A stretch of DNA of 64,000 bases from Octopus vulgaris. Lineage: Eukaryota. Of the stretch, positions 1 through 11,846 are shown one piece after another (position 1 is the stretch's first letter; the number at the start of each line of letters is the position of its first letter). A program made the translations under genes and the position numbers. The stretch lies in the NCBI GenBank assembly GCA_951406725.2, contig OX597831.1, positions 1,736,001-1,800,000 on the forward strand, in the 5' to 3' direction. The notes under the pieces are model-generated. The model had not been told where the DNA came from. It saw only the letters and a list, made by a program, of their open reading frames with translations, and made no database searches.

Positions 1-2908
1 CTCTCACTTTAAATCTCTCTTTAAATCCTGAAGTAGGTCAAGATATCTTGACCTAGAGATCTTGTTGCTATAATTGCTACACCATTAAGCTATTAGACAG
101 AGATAGGCAAGCATTTTTGGGGGAAATAATAATAACGATGATGATGAGGAGGAGGAGGAGGATAATGATTTTTCATTGGCCACAGGGCCCTGGAAATGTT
201 AGGGACACTCCAAAGGCGAAATATTATACATAGAATAACAAAAAAAAAAAAAAAGGGGGATTTACATCAAGTAAAAAGGAGAGATGAGGAAAACAATAAA
301 TACATTAATAAATGGTGATAATAATAATCATAATAATAAGGATAAAAGTAAAGATTTTTTTTTATTTTATACATGATTTGTTTTATTGCCATAAGCTGAA
401 GGATTACAGGCAGAGGCTTGGTGCTTTTACAAGGACAAATTACAAAAACAGGTGGGTGTGACATGGAATATGACACTATTAATGTGGGAAAATAAACAAA
501 TAAATAAACGAATGATGTATAATAGATGTTCTTTTTGTTTATTTTGTAAAATCTTTTAGTCTGGAGGGAAGACAGTGCCTGCGACTTCTTACATATTTCT
601 GAAAATGGTGGGAAGGAGGCAGGGAAGATGTTATCCTCAAACTAGTGATCTGGCTCATATTCTTGCAATAGAGTGGGGTTGACTAAAGATATCCAAGGTG
701 TCAGGTTAAGTCTATCTTCTCATGTAGGTCATGGATGGATATGAACTCAAAACACAAAGAGCTAAAGAAAATACTGCAAAGAATCTGTTTTAACCCTTTA
801 AGCATTTAAACCAGCCATATCCATCCCAAATACCTGTTTTATGTTCAAACTGGTCGGGTCTTGCCTCTCACACCTATCCAACAATGCCATTCTAAAAATA
901 AACACTCAAATCTTTGAAGTCTGGAAGCCATGAGATAATGCAAGATTAATTCAAAGCAATATGAATGTTAAATAGTTAATATTTTTAAAGTTCCTCTAAT
1001 CCACCGTCCTTGATTGGTACTTATTTAATTGACTCCTGAAAGGATGAGAAATATAATTGACCCCAGCAGGATTTGAACTCAGAGTGCAGAGACCCTGAAT
1101 GATTACCATAAAGCAATCTGTCCATCATTCTAAAGACTGACTCAGCAAATTGGTTGTCTTGTAGGGGCAAGGTTGCAAAAATAAAATCAAATGAAATGCA
1201 AAGTGATGGTTTGTTTGCACATTATGCTGTACAAAATATAGTAATATCCCAAGAGGAAGACTGTTGTCTTGGAGGTTATAAGTGGGGCTATCAAGGAACC
1301 ATCACATCTAGGATTATTTTGCATATTGGTTTTAAATTTTGGCACATGGCCAGCAATTTTAGGGGCGGGGGGGTGTAAATTGATTACATCAACCCCAGTG
1401 TTCAACTGGTGCTTATTTTGTTGACCCCCCTCCCCCCCAAAGGGTGAAAGGCAAATTTGACCTCAGCAGAATTTGAACTCAGTACATAAGTCAGACGAAA
1501 AACCATTTTGCTTGGCATGCTAACAATCCTTCCAGCTTGTTGCCATAGGATTACTTTGCAATCGGTAGGTAAAGAGTTCTCTTCCAACAGTCATTCATCA
1601 GTCTGCAGGCACATGCTGAAACTAATTCCATTCACTCAAACCTTGTTTACTACTCTCATTCACCTTTCAACAAATTAATTGGATGAAGGGCAACACCTTT
1701 CTCTCAGTGGGACTTCGAAATATCAATGAAGTCTTAACCAAAGAAGAATGTTTCAATCTTCATTCTTTTCGTCTACCACACAATATCTTCCATTTTAGCT
1801 AGCAGACAGAGGAAAACTTTCTGCCTTTCCCAACTAAAGGAAGGTAGCAGGATAATCTTCATGTTGAACTCAGCTAGTAACTAGATCTGCCTTACTTGTT
1901 AAAACAAGTGTCTGACAAAATTATAATAATGCTTTCTTTTCTTGCCACAAGGTTAAAGGATAGGGTGTTCTAAGAGGGTAAAGTATAAATTGGTCATGCA
2001 TTTATATAGATGATAGGAATGGAAAAATAGACCGTACTGTGAAATGGTTCCAACAGGAAGTCAGTCACTGAACAATAATCATGAAGTACCACCCACATGT
2101 ATCAAGTTACCATGACTACTAAAGACAAGTATCTTTTCCCACCTGTTGTCTCCTGTAGCCTATGACCACATGTTCAAGATAGACCCATGTAATCAGTTCA
2201 TACATACCCACCAATCTCACCTTCCAGCAAATTTACTTGACGACAGTATCTAGCTTTTTGCTATCATCTTCTTCCCTCAAGTGCTACTTGAAGATGTTGA
2301 TAGTGTCTGAGATAAGTAGAAGGTCACACATTTTAATGTTGGGATGAGAATATACAGTTTATGAAATTGACTTCAGTACCTACTTAACAAACATACTTAT
2401 TTTATTAAATCTGTTTCCTCTGCTGGTGGTGGTGGCTGTGGGGAAAATTTCCCCAGTCCACTCTATTGAAGGGGATGATAGGCAAAGCTGACACTGGCAT
2501 GATTTGAACCCATAATGTCAAGTAGAGATTTCCTAACTATTTTATTAATTTCAATGTATTTTAGGATAAAGAAAACTATTTGGAATACCCCAAAGCTGTG
2601 TTCCTCAACCATTTTTTGTCTGTGGACCCTTTGATTCCTATTTTACTTGGGTGGATCCTCTGCACCATTTGATGCTTAAAAAATACCATTATATTTACAT
2701 AATTAAATATGATTAGGAATTGTATAAAAAAGTTAAAATATTTTGTGTATTGCAGAGGTATAACCAATTTACTGCTCATAAATTTTAACAACAAAATCTT
2801 AGATGGACTCTAAGGGCCATATGGACCCCAGTTGAGGACCTCTACCTTAAAGCAAAAAGCTTTGAAATATATTACTTAGAAATGGGTATATATTTTAACA
2901 TATACTCT

Positions 2909-3111
2909 GTTACTTGTTTCAGTCATTTGACTGTGGCCATGCTGGAGCACTACCTTTAGTCAAGCAAATTGATCCCGGGACTTATTCTTTGTAAGCTTAG
3001 TACTTATTCTATTGGTCTCTTTTTGCCGAACCGCTAAGTTACGGGGACGTAAACACACCAGTATCAGTTGTCAAGCGATGTTGGGGGGACAAACACAAAG
3101 ACACAAGCACG

Positions 3112-3177
<66 letters not shown>

Positions 3178-3293
3178 CAACGGGCTTCTTTCAGTTTCTG
3201 TCTACCAAATCCACTCACAAGGCTTTGGTCCGCCCAAGGCTATAGTAGAAGACACTTGCCCAAGCTACTTACCACACAGCCACTCCTACACCT
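2909..3293 (-). mobile_element. SINE family B (internal microsatellite), minus orientation
   Basis: Reverse complement of the family seen at 14896-15292, with an internal (CA)n run. Confidence 0.8.
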
Positions 3294-4188
3294 AAGAATA
3301 ATTTCAACTTATAGAAGGTACTCTTGTAAGTACTTTTGCTTGCTATTTATCAAAGTATTCAATTTTGGTTTGTATGTTTCACATTTTTGAAAAATTAAAA
3401 TGTTATTACTTTCATGGCATGTGATCTGAGGGAGATTTTGTTACTAATTCTAGCAGGCATTTCAAGTGACTACTTAGAGGCTGTCTTGTTAGACAATAGA
3501 TTTCACTAGTGAATAAGATGTGGGTGTCTGAAGAGGTTTTGTTGAGAGGAGGCATGCAGGTCAACAGAGTGATCACGGCTCCTTGTTATGCCTTAGTTTC
3601 AGGTCACGACTGATCAAGTAGCACTATGCTTAAAGAACTGTTCTTGCTTTGAGTACACCATTTAATTTTCAAACAAATGTTTCCAGTACTACATTAACTA
3701 ATGTGCCCTTCTATTTTTTAAAGATAGTAAGGTTGTTGTTTGAATAGAATTTAGCTTCTATTTCTAGGTAGCATATTGAATAACCGCATAGACGCTTCCT
3801 TATTGGACAGTGATTAAAAATACGTTGGTAAATGAATGTTTTGCTATCCCACACGCAGCTCATTTCGTTTCTTTTATTGTATGGCTTCATCAACAATAAA
3901 ATATTTTCTCACACTTCAGTTTGCTCAATTACAGACAACTGGGAGGGTTTTTTTATAATTATTTTTTAACATCAACAATGAACAAAAACAAAAGAAATTA
4001 TAGCAGCAGCTCTCTCTTGAGATAGTTTACTGTACTATCAAAGACTCTTTCCACTAGATTCCCACGTGTGTATATGTATGTGTGTGTGTGTGTGTGTGTG
4101 TGTTAATGTTTGTTTTTATGGTCAATTACAATAAAAACAATTCTACATTAATCTGATGGGTTACTCTATGTTTTTGTAGAGTACAAAT

Positions 4189-4556
4189 TATTCTTTTACA
4201 AAAATATTGTTGATAGTGACGTCAAAGTTTCGGCCAGCTGAGCCATTGTCCGACAATGGTTTAGCTGGGTGTAACTTTGAAGTTACTGTCAACAACATTC
4301 TTATTTCTTTACTGCCCACAAGGGGCTAAACATAGAGGGGACAAACAAGGACAGACAAAGGGATTAGGTTGATTACATCGACCCCAGTGCGTAACAGGTA
4401 CTTATTTAATCGAACCTGAAAGGATGAAAGGCTAAGTTGACCTCGGCGAAATTTGAACTCAGAACGTAGCGCCGACAAAATACTGCTTAGCATTTCGCCC
4501 GGTGTGCTAACGATTCTGCCAGCTCACCACCTTAACGACATTCTTGTATAAGAATA
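4189..4556. repeat. Imperfect palindrome centred near 4250, interrupted by a SINE
   Basis: ttgttgatagtgacgtcaaagtttcggccagctgagccattgtc pairs with gacaatggtttagctgggtgtaactttgaagttactgtcaacaa. The right arm resumes after the SINE. Confidence 0.75.
4303..4533 (-). mobile_element. SINE family A (OK-like) with 12-bp TSD aac(a/g)acattctt
   Basis: Full-length match to other copies in the window; TSD at 4291-4302 and 4534-4545. Confidence 0.85.
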
Positions 4557-5097
4557 CTATATACACACACACCTACATGTATATCTTGCTCATATGCATA
4601 TGCATACATACACACACAAACACACATGTGTATAATGCCACCACATACACACCTATTCTCCATTTTAATGAGCAATTTCCATTCCTGAAAAACCACTCAT
4701 AAATTGAAACACATTAATCAAAGCACATTTTCCATTTGACTCTCATTAAAATATTAAAATGTGTTCCTGCAAGCTCCAGAAGGCCTAATTGTTTCCAAAT
4801 CCAAAATCCTTAATTTAATTAAATAGAATATTTGAATGACTGAGAATCATATGAAAATGCTAAAGATGAAAAAATAATGACTAAGAATAATTAACATCAT
4901 AAGAATTTATAAACTTTTGAGAGGATGCAAAATAATTCTTTTTTGGCATAGTGATCTTGAAGCACATTATTTCATCATCATCATCATTTAACATCCATTT
5001 TCGATGCTGGCATGGGTTGGATGGTTTGACCAGAGCAAGCAGGAGAGCTGCACCAGTTTCTCATTTGATTTGGCTTGGTTTCAACACCAACACCAAG

Positions 5098-5470
5098 TGG
5101 AGGCGCACTGGCTCAGTGGTTAGGGCAGTGGACTCGCAGTCGGAGGATCGCGGTTTCGATTCCCAGACCGGACGTTGTGTGTGTTTATTGAGTGAAAACA
5201 CCTAAAGCTCCATAAGGCTCCGGCAGGGGTTGGTGGCGACCCCTGTTGTACTCTTTCGCTCCAACTTTCTCTCACTCTTTCTTCCTGTTTTTTATTCCCG
5301 ACTTCCTACACAACCGCTGGGCCTGGATGCTTATTCATCCATCCGTCTATGCTCTCGGTATCGGGGTTTGACCTGCTTTCTCTTCTGCGGGTCTTACGAA
5401 TAGCAAAGGACCACGTTTCGGACTTCTCCCACTCTGGAACGAAGGCCGCTTCGCTCAACAAACAAACAAA
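5098..5470 (+). mobile_element. tRNA-derived SINE (OR-like head) with (AAAC)n tail
   Basis: A-box TGGCTCAGTGG, B-box-like GGTTTCGATTCC and a simple-repeat tail. Confidence 0.75.
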
Positions 5471-5812
5471 AACACCAGTTGCCAAGTGGTGATAGGGAGA
5501 CAAACTCAGACAGAAAGACACACACTTAAACATATATATACACATACATATGCATACATACACACACACACACGATGGGCTTCTTTCAGTTTCCGTCTAC
5601 CAAATCCATCTGCAAGGTTTTGGTTGGGCTGAGGCTATAGTAGAAAACACTTGCCCAAGGTGCCATGCTGTGAGACTGAACCCAAAAACCATTTGGTGGG
5701 GAAGCAAGCTTCTTACCATACAGGAATTATAAAAAATATTTATTAATCTTTAATTATTTGCTATCAGTTTATTGAAATATTTTTTATTTTGATTTTCTTT
5801 TCTTTTTTCCAG

Positions 5813-5917
5813 AAAAAGTCAACTGGTGAAGACCTTATTGAGCAAGTATTTTACTTCCTGGATTTGATTGAAAAAGAATATTTTGGTTTACAATTCTCAG
5901 ATGCACACAATGTTAAC
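5813..5917 (+). CDS. EPB41L5: Internal coding exon (105 nt, phase 0-0) of a Yurt/EPB41L5-like FERM protein: KKSTGEDLIEQVFYFLDLIEKEYFGLQFSDAHNVN
   Basis: Pyrimidine tract plus ttccAG acceptor at 5811-5812 and GTGAGT donor at 5918. The translation contains the FERM-N motif LDLIEKEYFGLQF. The symbol is approximate, because vertebrate EPB41L4B and fly yurt are the same subfamily. Confidence 0.93.
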
Positions 5918-6419
5918 GTGAGTATTCTTTATCATTCAATTGTAGTAATCACAGATCATAGTGTCTAGTTATCTATCTGCCTGTCTGCATATCTATCTTT
6001 CTGTCTGTGTATATATATCTCTCTGTCTATCTTTCTATCTGTAGAAGTCCTACTCTGACAGACAGACAGACAGACAGACATGTCTGTTTGTCTACCTATT
6101 TGTCTGTTTCCCCATTTGTCTATCTATCTGTCTGTGTCTGTATCCATCTATCTCTATGCATCTACCTGCATGTCCCTCCTTCCTTCCCCCTCCCTCTCTC
6201 TCTCGCCCAGGGTTAAGATACAGGACTCTTGACATGTTCAACAAAGCGTGACGCCTAAACCAATCAGCTTAAGTAATTGTGTGATACTACACACTGATTG
6301 GTCAGAATACAGTTTGCAAAACCTAGCAATCTGGAGCCTACCCAGCTGTATTTAAGGCACAAATTCAATCATCTCGCTACAGTCAAAAATTGTGAAGCAT
6401 GACTGTCACCACTACTACA

Positions 6420-6464
6420 TGAACCTGAAGATTGCAGAATTTAATGCATGAAAGTACTAGTTCA
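6420..6464 (+). ncRNA. Minimal type I hammerhead-ribozyme-like motif in a probable Penelope-like remnant (about 6240-6605)
   Basis: TGAAC-CTGAAGA-T-TGCA(gaatttaa)TGCA-T-GAAA-GTACTA-GTTCA: stem I, both conserved boxes, stem II and a palindromic AGTACT helix III. Confidence 0.55.
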
Positions 6465-6657
6465 ATCAGAATGAACATTTAACATTCTACTATTTTATTT
6501 TATTCTATTATATTATATTACCTTATAATATATCATTATAAGATTGTAAATAAAACGTGAAAATCAGACAACGTTGGAATTCCTTTTATTAATATATTCT
6601 TCTATACACAATCACACACACCCATATATATATATATATATATATATATCTATATAT

Positions 6658-7073
6658 ATTTCTTTACTGCCCACAAGGGGCTAAACATAGAGGGGACAAA
6701 CAAGGACAGACAAAGGGATTAAGTCGCTTACATCGACCCCAGTGCGAAACTGGTACTTTATTTATCGATCCAGAAAGGATGAAAAGCAAAGTCGACCTCG
6801 GCGGAACTTGAACTTAGAACGTAACATCAGACGAAATACCTATTTCTTTACTACCCACAAGGAGCTAAACACAGAAGGGACAAACACGGACAGACAAAGG
6901 CATCAAGTCGATTATATCGACCCCAGTATGTAACTGGTACTTATTTAATTGACCCTGAAAGGATGAAAGGCAAAGTCGACCTTGGTGGAATTTGAACTCA
7001 GAACATAGCGACAGAGGAAATATCGCTAAGCATTTCACCCGGTGCGCTAATGTTTCTGCCAGCTCGCCGCCTT
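6658..7073 (-). mobile_element. SINE family A, head-to-tail dimer
   Basis: Two tandem monomers joined at cgaaatacc|tatttcttt near 6832-6849. Confidence 0.85.
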
Positions 7074-7089
7074 CCTCTCTCTCTCTCTT

Positions 7090-7147
<58 letters not shown>

Positions 7148-7501
7148 CATGGGTGTTTAAAAATGTTACTGTCTGATATTAGACAGAGAGATAGTGAAGG
7201 AACTTGTTTTTTAAAACTTCAGTCAGGCAAGTTTACAAAACATGAATGCCACCACATTCCAGTCATTCTAATTTGGTTGTTGTTTAGATTTGATAAAAAT
7301 TCCTCTGTTGTGCCTGATTATTTATCAATCTGGAAATGAAAAGGAAAGTTGCAAAAATTTCAAGGTGTTGCCATTTCCGAACGATCAACATGTGGAAAAA
7401 GAATTTTATTTCAAAATATCAATATACGCACACACACACACACACACATACACCCTCATAATCCAAAAAAATAAACCATCCAATTTGAGTTTGCTAGAAG
7501 C

Positions 7502-7782
7502 TCCAGTGAAGCTTTGTCTCATTCTTAAGGCCTATTTTGAAATTTTCTGGAGAAAAGAAAATTAAATCGAAATAGAAAATATTTCAATGAACTGATAGCA
7601 AATAAAGATAAATAAATATTTGTTGTGATTCCTGTGTGGTAAGAAGCTTGCTTCCCTACCAAATGGTTCTGGGTTCAGTCCCACAGCATGGCACCTTGGG
7701 CAAGTGTCTTCTACTATAGCCTCAGGCCAACAAAAGCCTTGTGAGTGGATTTGGTAGACGGAAACTAAAAGAAGCCTGTCGT
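7502..7782 (+). promoter_or_regulatory. Inverted copy of about 5572-5862 (SINE end, intron 3' end, splice acceptor, exon 5' half); candidate RNA-duplex partner (editing-complementary sequence)
   Basis: 7547-7654 aligns to the reverse complement of 5701-5812 with 11 substitutions and one 4-nt indel. Patchy complementarity continues into the exon. The function is inferred. Confidence 0.6.
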
Positions 7783-8015
7783 ATATATATATATATTTAT
7801 ATGTATGTATATGTTTGTGTGTCTGTGTTTGTCCCCACCAACATCGCTTGACAGCCGATGCTGGTGTGTTTACATCCCCATAACTTAGTGGTTCGGCAAG
7901 AAAGACCAATAGAATAAGTACTAGGCTTACAAAGAATAAGTCCTGGGGTCGATTTGCTCGACTAAAGGCGGTGCTCCAGCATGGCCGCAGCCAAATAACT
8001 GACACAAATAAAAGA
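7632..8015 (+). mobile_element. SINE family B, 5'-truncated; overlaps the inverted copy
   Basis: Matches 14896-15292. Confidence 0.8.
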
Positions 8016-8261
8016 ATAATATGGCATGTGTGGTAAGAAGCTTGCTTCTCAACCACATAGTTCCAGGTTCAGTCCCCCTGTGTAACATCTTGGTCAAGTG
8101 TCTTCCACTATAGCCTCAAGCCAACCAAAACTTTGTGAGCAGATTTGGTAGGTGGATACTGAGAAGCCCACCGTGTGTATGTCTGTTTGTGTAAGTGTAT
8201 GTTCATGTCTGTTCCCCATCGCTGCTTGACAATTGGTGTTGGTGGGTTTAGATTCCCCATA

Positions 8262-8620
8262 GTGGAGGCGCTTAGCAGTTTTGCAAAAGAACTGATAGAA
8301 TTTAATGCCAGGCTTAAAAAGGTAAAACACCTAAAGCTCCACGAGACTCCGGCAGGGGATGGTGGTGATCCCTGCTGTACTCTTTCACCACAACTTTCTC
8401 TCACTCTTATTTCCTGTTTCTGTTGTACCTGTATTTCAAGGGGCCGGCCTTGTCACTCTCTGTGTCACGCTGAATATCCCCGAGAACTACGTTAAGGGTG
8501 CACGTGTCTGTGGAGTGCTCAGCCACTTACACGTTAATTTCACGAGCAGGCTGTTCCGTTGATTCGGATCAACCGGAACCCTCATCGTCGTAACCGACGG
8601 AGTGCTTCCACTGCTCCCAC
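8262..8620 (+). mobile_element. OR-like SINE with rearranged 5' head and 12-bp TSD agattccccata
   Basis: Shares aaacacctaaagctcc...ctttctctcactctt with 5098-5470; TSD at 8250-8261 and 8621-8632. Confidence 0.7.
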
Positions 8621-8886
8621 AGATTCCCCATAACTTAGCAGTTTTGCAAAAGAACTGATAGAATTTAATGCCAGGCTTAAAAAGGAAAAAAAAATTGGGA
8701 TCCATTCAACTAAAAAAAAATTCTTCAGGGCAGTACCCCAGGATGGCCACCGTCTAATGACTGAAACAAGTAAGAGAATAAAAGAATAATATGCATATAT
8801 GTACATGAGTAAGCACATAAATGCAAAACAAGGTGGGAAAAAATAGTACTAGAATACCAAAGGTAGAGCAATATGCTGTTTATTAA

Positions 8887-9019
8887 AGCTGCAAAAACAT
8901 CACGAAAACTGTTACTCAGAGTTTCACGTTCCCATTTGTTGAACCATTGTGATCACAACTGTCTGACAAACAGGAGCATGAAACTCTGAGTAACAGTTTT
9001 TGTGATGTTTTTGCAGCTT
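8887..9019. repeat. Palindrome with arms of about 55 nt
   Basis: agctgcaaaaacatcacgaaaactgttactcagagtttca pairs with tgaaactctgagtaacagtttttgtgatgtttttgcagct. Confidence 0.8.
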
Positions 9020-9292
9020 CATTAAAAATGCATGTATGTATATATGTATGTTCATATGTGTGTGTGTGCATGTGCATTTGTACTCCTTTGCCCACTTTTC
9101 CATGCTAGCATGGCTCAGATAGAATTTTCCCTTCTCTCTATTAAGAGGCACAAGCACTTTCATACACATGTACACACCTAATGGGAACTTCTGCCAACAA
9201 AATTCAGTTACAAGTCTTTGGTTGACCTAAGGTTATAGCAGAAGACACTTGTCCAAGGTGTCATGCCGTGGGACTGAACCTGAAACCATGTG

Positions 9293-9522
9293 TTAACTCT
9301 TTCATTACCAACCCGGCTGAAACCGGCTCTGGATCTGTAGTACAAATGTCTTGTTTTCATAAGTTTTGAATTAAAATCTTCCAAGAAACCTTAGTCACAA
9401 TTTATGTTCCTAACACTAGTTGAATGATAATTAAGTTATTTTACTAAATTCTTTGTTATATTTAAAGTAATTGAAAGAAACACAGAGCATCTCAAAAATA
9501 AATACAGTAACAAAAGGGTTAA
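9293..9522. mobile_element. TTAA-flanked piggyBac-like MITE, family 1 (also 33215-33442 and 40712-40939)
   Basis: TTAA-CyCTTT...AAAGGG-TTAA ends, about 230 bp, three near-identical copies. This copy is inserted in a SINE. Confidence 0.75.
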
Positions 9523-10020
9523 CAAGCAAGCTTCCTACCTACACAGCCATGCCTGCTCCTTGAGGCTAATTTCCTACACGAAGGTTGATACCTTTCATGT
9601 TCCACATCTTTCTCTCACTCAGTCTTACTCTCTCCATATTATAATTACTGATATCTTATTTATCTATCTTTTGTCTGCTTCACTTATTAGACTGTGGCCA
9701 TGCTGGAGCATCACCTGAAACTTTTAGTTGAATGAATCACCCTCCAGTACTTTTTTTTTAAACCTGTACTTATTCTATCAGTCTCTTTTTGCTGAGCTGC
9801 TTAATTAAGGAGACATAAACAAACCAACATTGGATGTCAAGCATCTATATACACCTGAGCCTCTGTGTGTGTGTGTGTGTGTGTATACATATATACATGC
9901 ATATATATATATGTATACACACACACACATAAAATAAGGATAAAAATCATGTTAATAATAATTATCATGTAGTCAGCATGGAAATAAACATTTTATATAT
10001 TAGATTAATATGTATATATA

Positions 10021-10063
<43 letters not shown>

Positions 10064-10704
10064 TCATGTCATTGGTTACTTACAACTTACATGGTATTCC
10101 ATCTGAAGACCAGCTGTATCCATTTTCTTCAGAATATAAAATACGAGAGACAGAGAGAGAAACAAGAGACATAGGCTGTGAGATATTAACTGGGATGGTA
10201 CAAGGTCAAGGTCAGTTTTGGGTATTGTAGAGGCAGATGTCAGTGGAACAAAGAGAAGAGGATTCATGCAACCAGTTCCCCACATTCATTCACACATGCA
10301 TACATCCATTTATAATTATGGAAACCGAAGACAAAGGAAAATTGGGACACATCTAAGGGGAACCAAGAAACATATACATACATGTCTAAATGCACCCACT
10401 GACCTAAATATATACAGCCATATAGTTACAAATATAAACAAAGCAAGCATAAGATATGAACATAAAAAAAATACATACCTCAAAAGTCATACACATGCAT
10501 GTGCATGCACGCACATACACACATACATCCTATTGTCTTAGTATGTGTATATATATATAAAATTCCTTGCCCACTAGCTGGCTCTTGGGTGTATTTTGCA
10601 GTGCATTTGACAATAGGGTCTCTTTTTCTCCTTGCCTCTCTCCCTCCCTTCTTTTCATCACCCCTTCTCTTTGATACATATATATGACTGAAACAAGTAA
10701 AAGA

Positions 10705-10736
<32 letters not shown>

Positions 10737-11664
10737 CTCGCCATCATCCTCTAATCAATCTTGCTCGAATAATATATATATATATATATATATAAAAGGG
10801 AAACATGCTATTGTCTCAATATTTATGTGAATACACTATTATTTATTCACATTACTTTGAATTAATCGACCATCATTTCATGTCTTTGAGATTTTTATAT
10901 GAGGCATAACAAATGAGAGAGACCCTGGGTAATATGCCATGCATGAGAAGATCCTATCAAGCCAAGTGAAATTGTAGTTGTGGCAGATACTGGTGTCACA
11001 CGGCTGGCACTCATGAAGGTGGCACATTCAAGCACCCGTTACACTCTTAATGGTTGGTGTTAGGAAGGACACCTAACTGTAGAAACCATGCCAAATCAGA
11101 ATGGAGTCTGGTGCAGCTCCTCAACTTACAAGCCCTGGTCAAACCGTCCAACTCATGCCAGCATGGACAACAAATGGTTAAATGATGATGATGATGATGA
11201 TTGTTTATTTTTAGAATAACATTGTTGGGTTGGAGTGAGAGGTTGGGGTTGACCAGTTTGAAGATAAAGCAGGTAGAATATTTGGACCAGATATGGTCAG
11301 TTTAAATGCTAAAGGCTTAAAGTGGAAGCTTCCTTCATATCACACTATTGCATTTTAGTTACCAACCACTACTATCACACACACCAGGTCCAGATGAAAG
11401 GAACTCCATGGATACACGATCATCTTGACTATCCTTTCTAATATAGGTACAAGGGCCTGAAATTTTGGTAGAGGGGATGAGTCTATTTTATTGACCTCAA
11501 TACTTGACTGATATTTATTTTATCAATGCTGAAAGGATGAAGGGCAAAGTTGACCTTGGCATTTGAATTCAGAATGCAAAGATGGATGAAATGCTTCTTA
11601 GCATTTTGTCTGGCATGCTAACAATTCTGCAAGTAATATGATAATAATAATAATAATTATTATT

Positions 11665-11846
11665 ACCATCCGAGCGTGGCCGTCTGCCAGCCTCGTCTGG
11701 CACCTGTGTCGGTGGCACATAAAAAACACCATCCGAGCGTGCGTCGCCAGCCTCGTCTGGCACCTGTGTCGGTGGCACATAAAAACACCATCCGAGCGTG
11801 GCCGTTCGCCAGCCTCGTCTGGCACCTGTGTCGGTGGCACATAAAA
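11665..11846. repeat. CpG-rich tandem repeat, three units of about 60 bp
   Basis: Unit accatccgagcgtggccgt..gccagcctcgtctggcacctgtgtcggtggcacataaaaa(c) starts at 11665, 11728 and 11787. Confidence 0.9.

Noticed and set aside
5098-5172. tRNA gene
   Set aside because: It has A/B boxes but continues into a SINE body, and the head recurs at 23710-23846 and 40440-40546. The same holds for the tRNA-like head near 47010.
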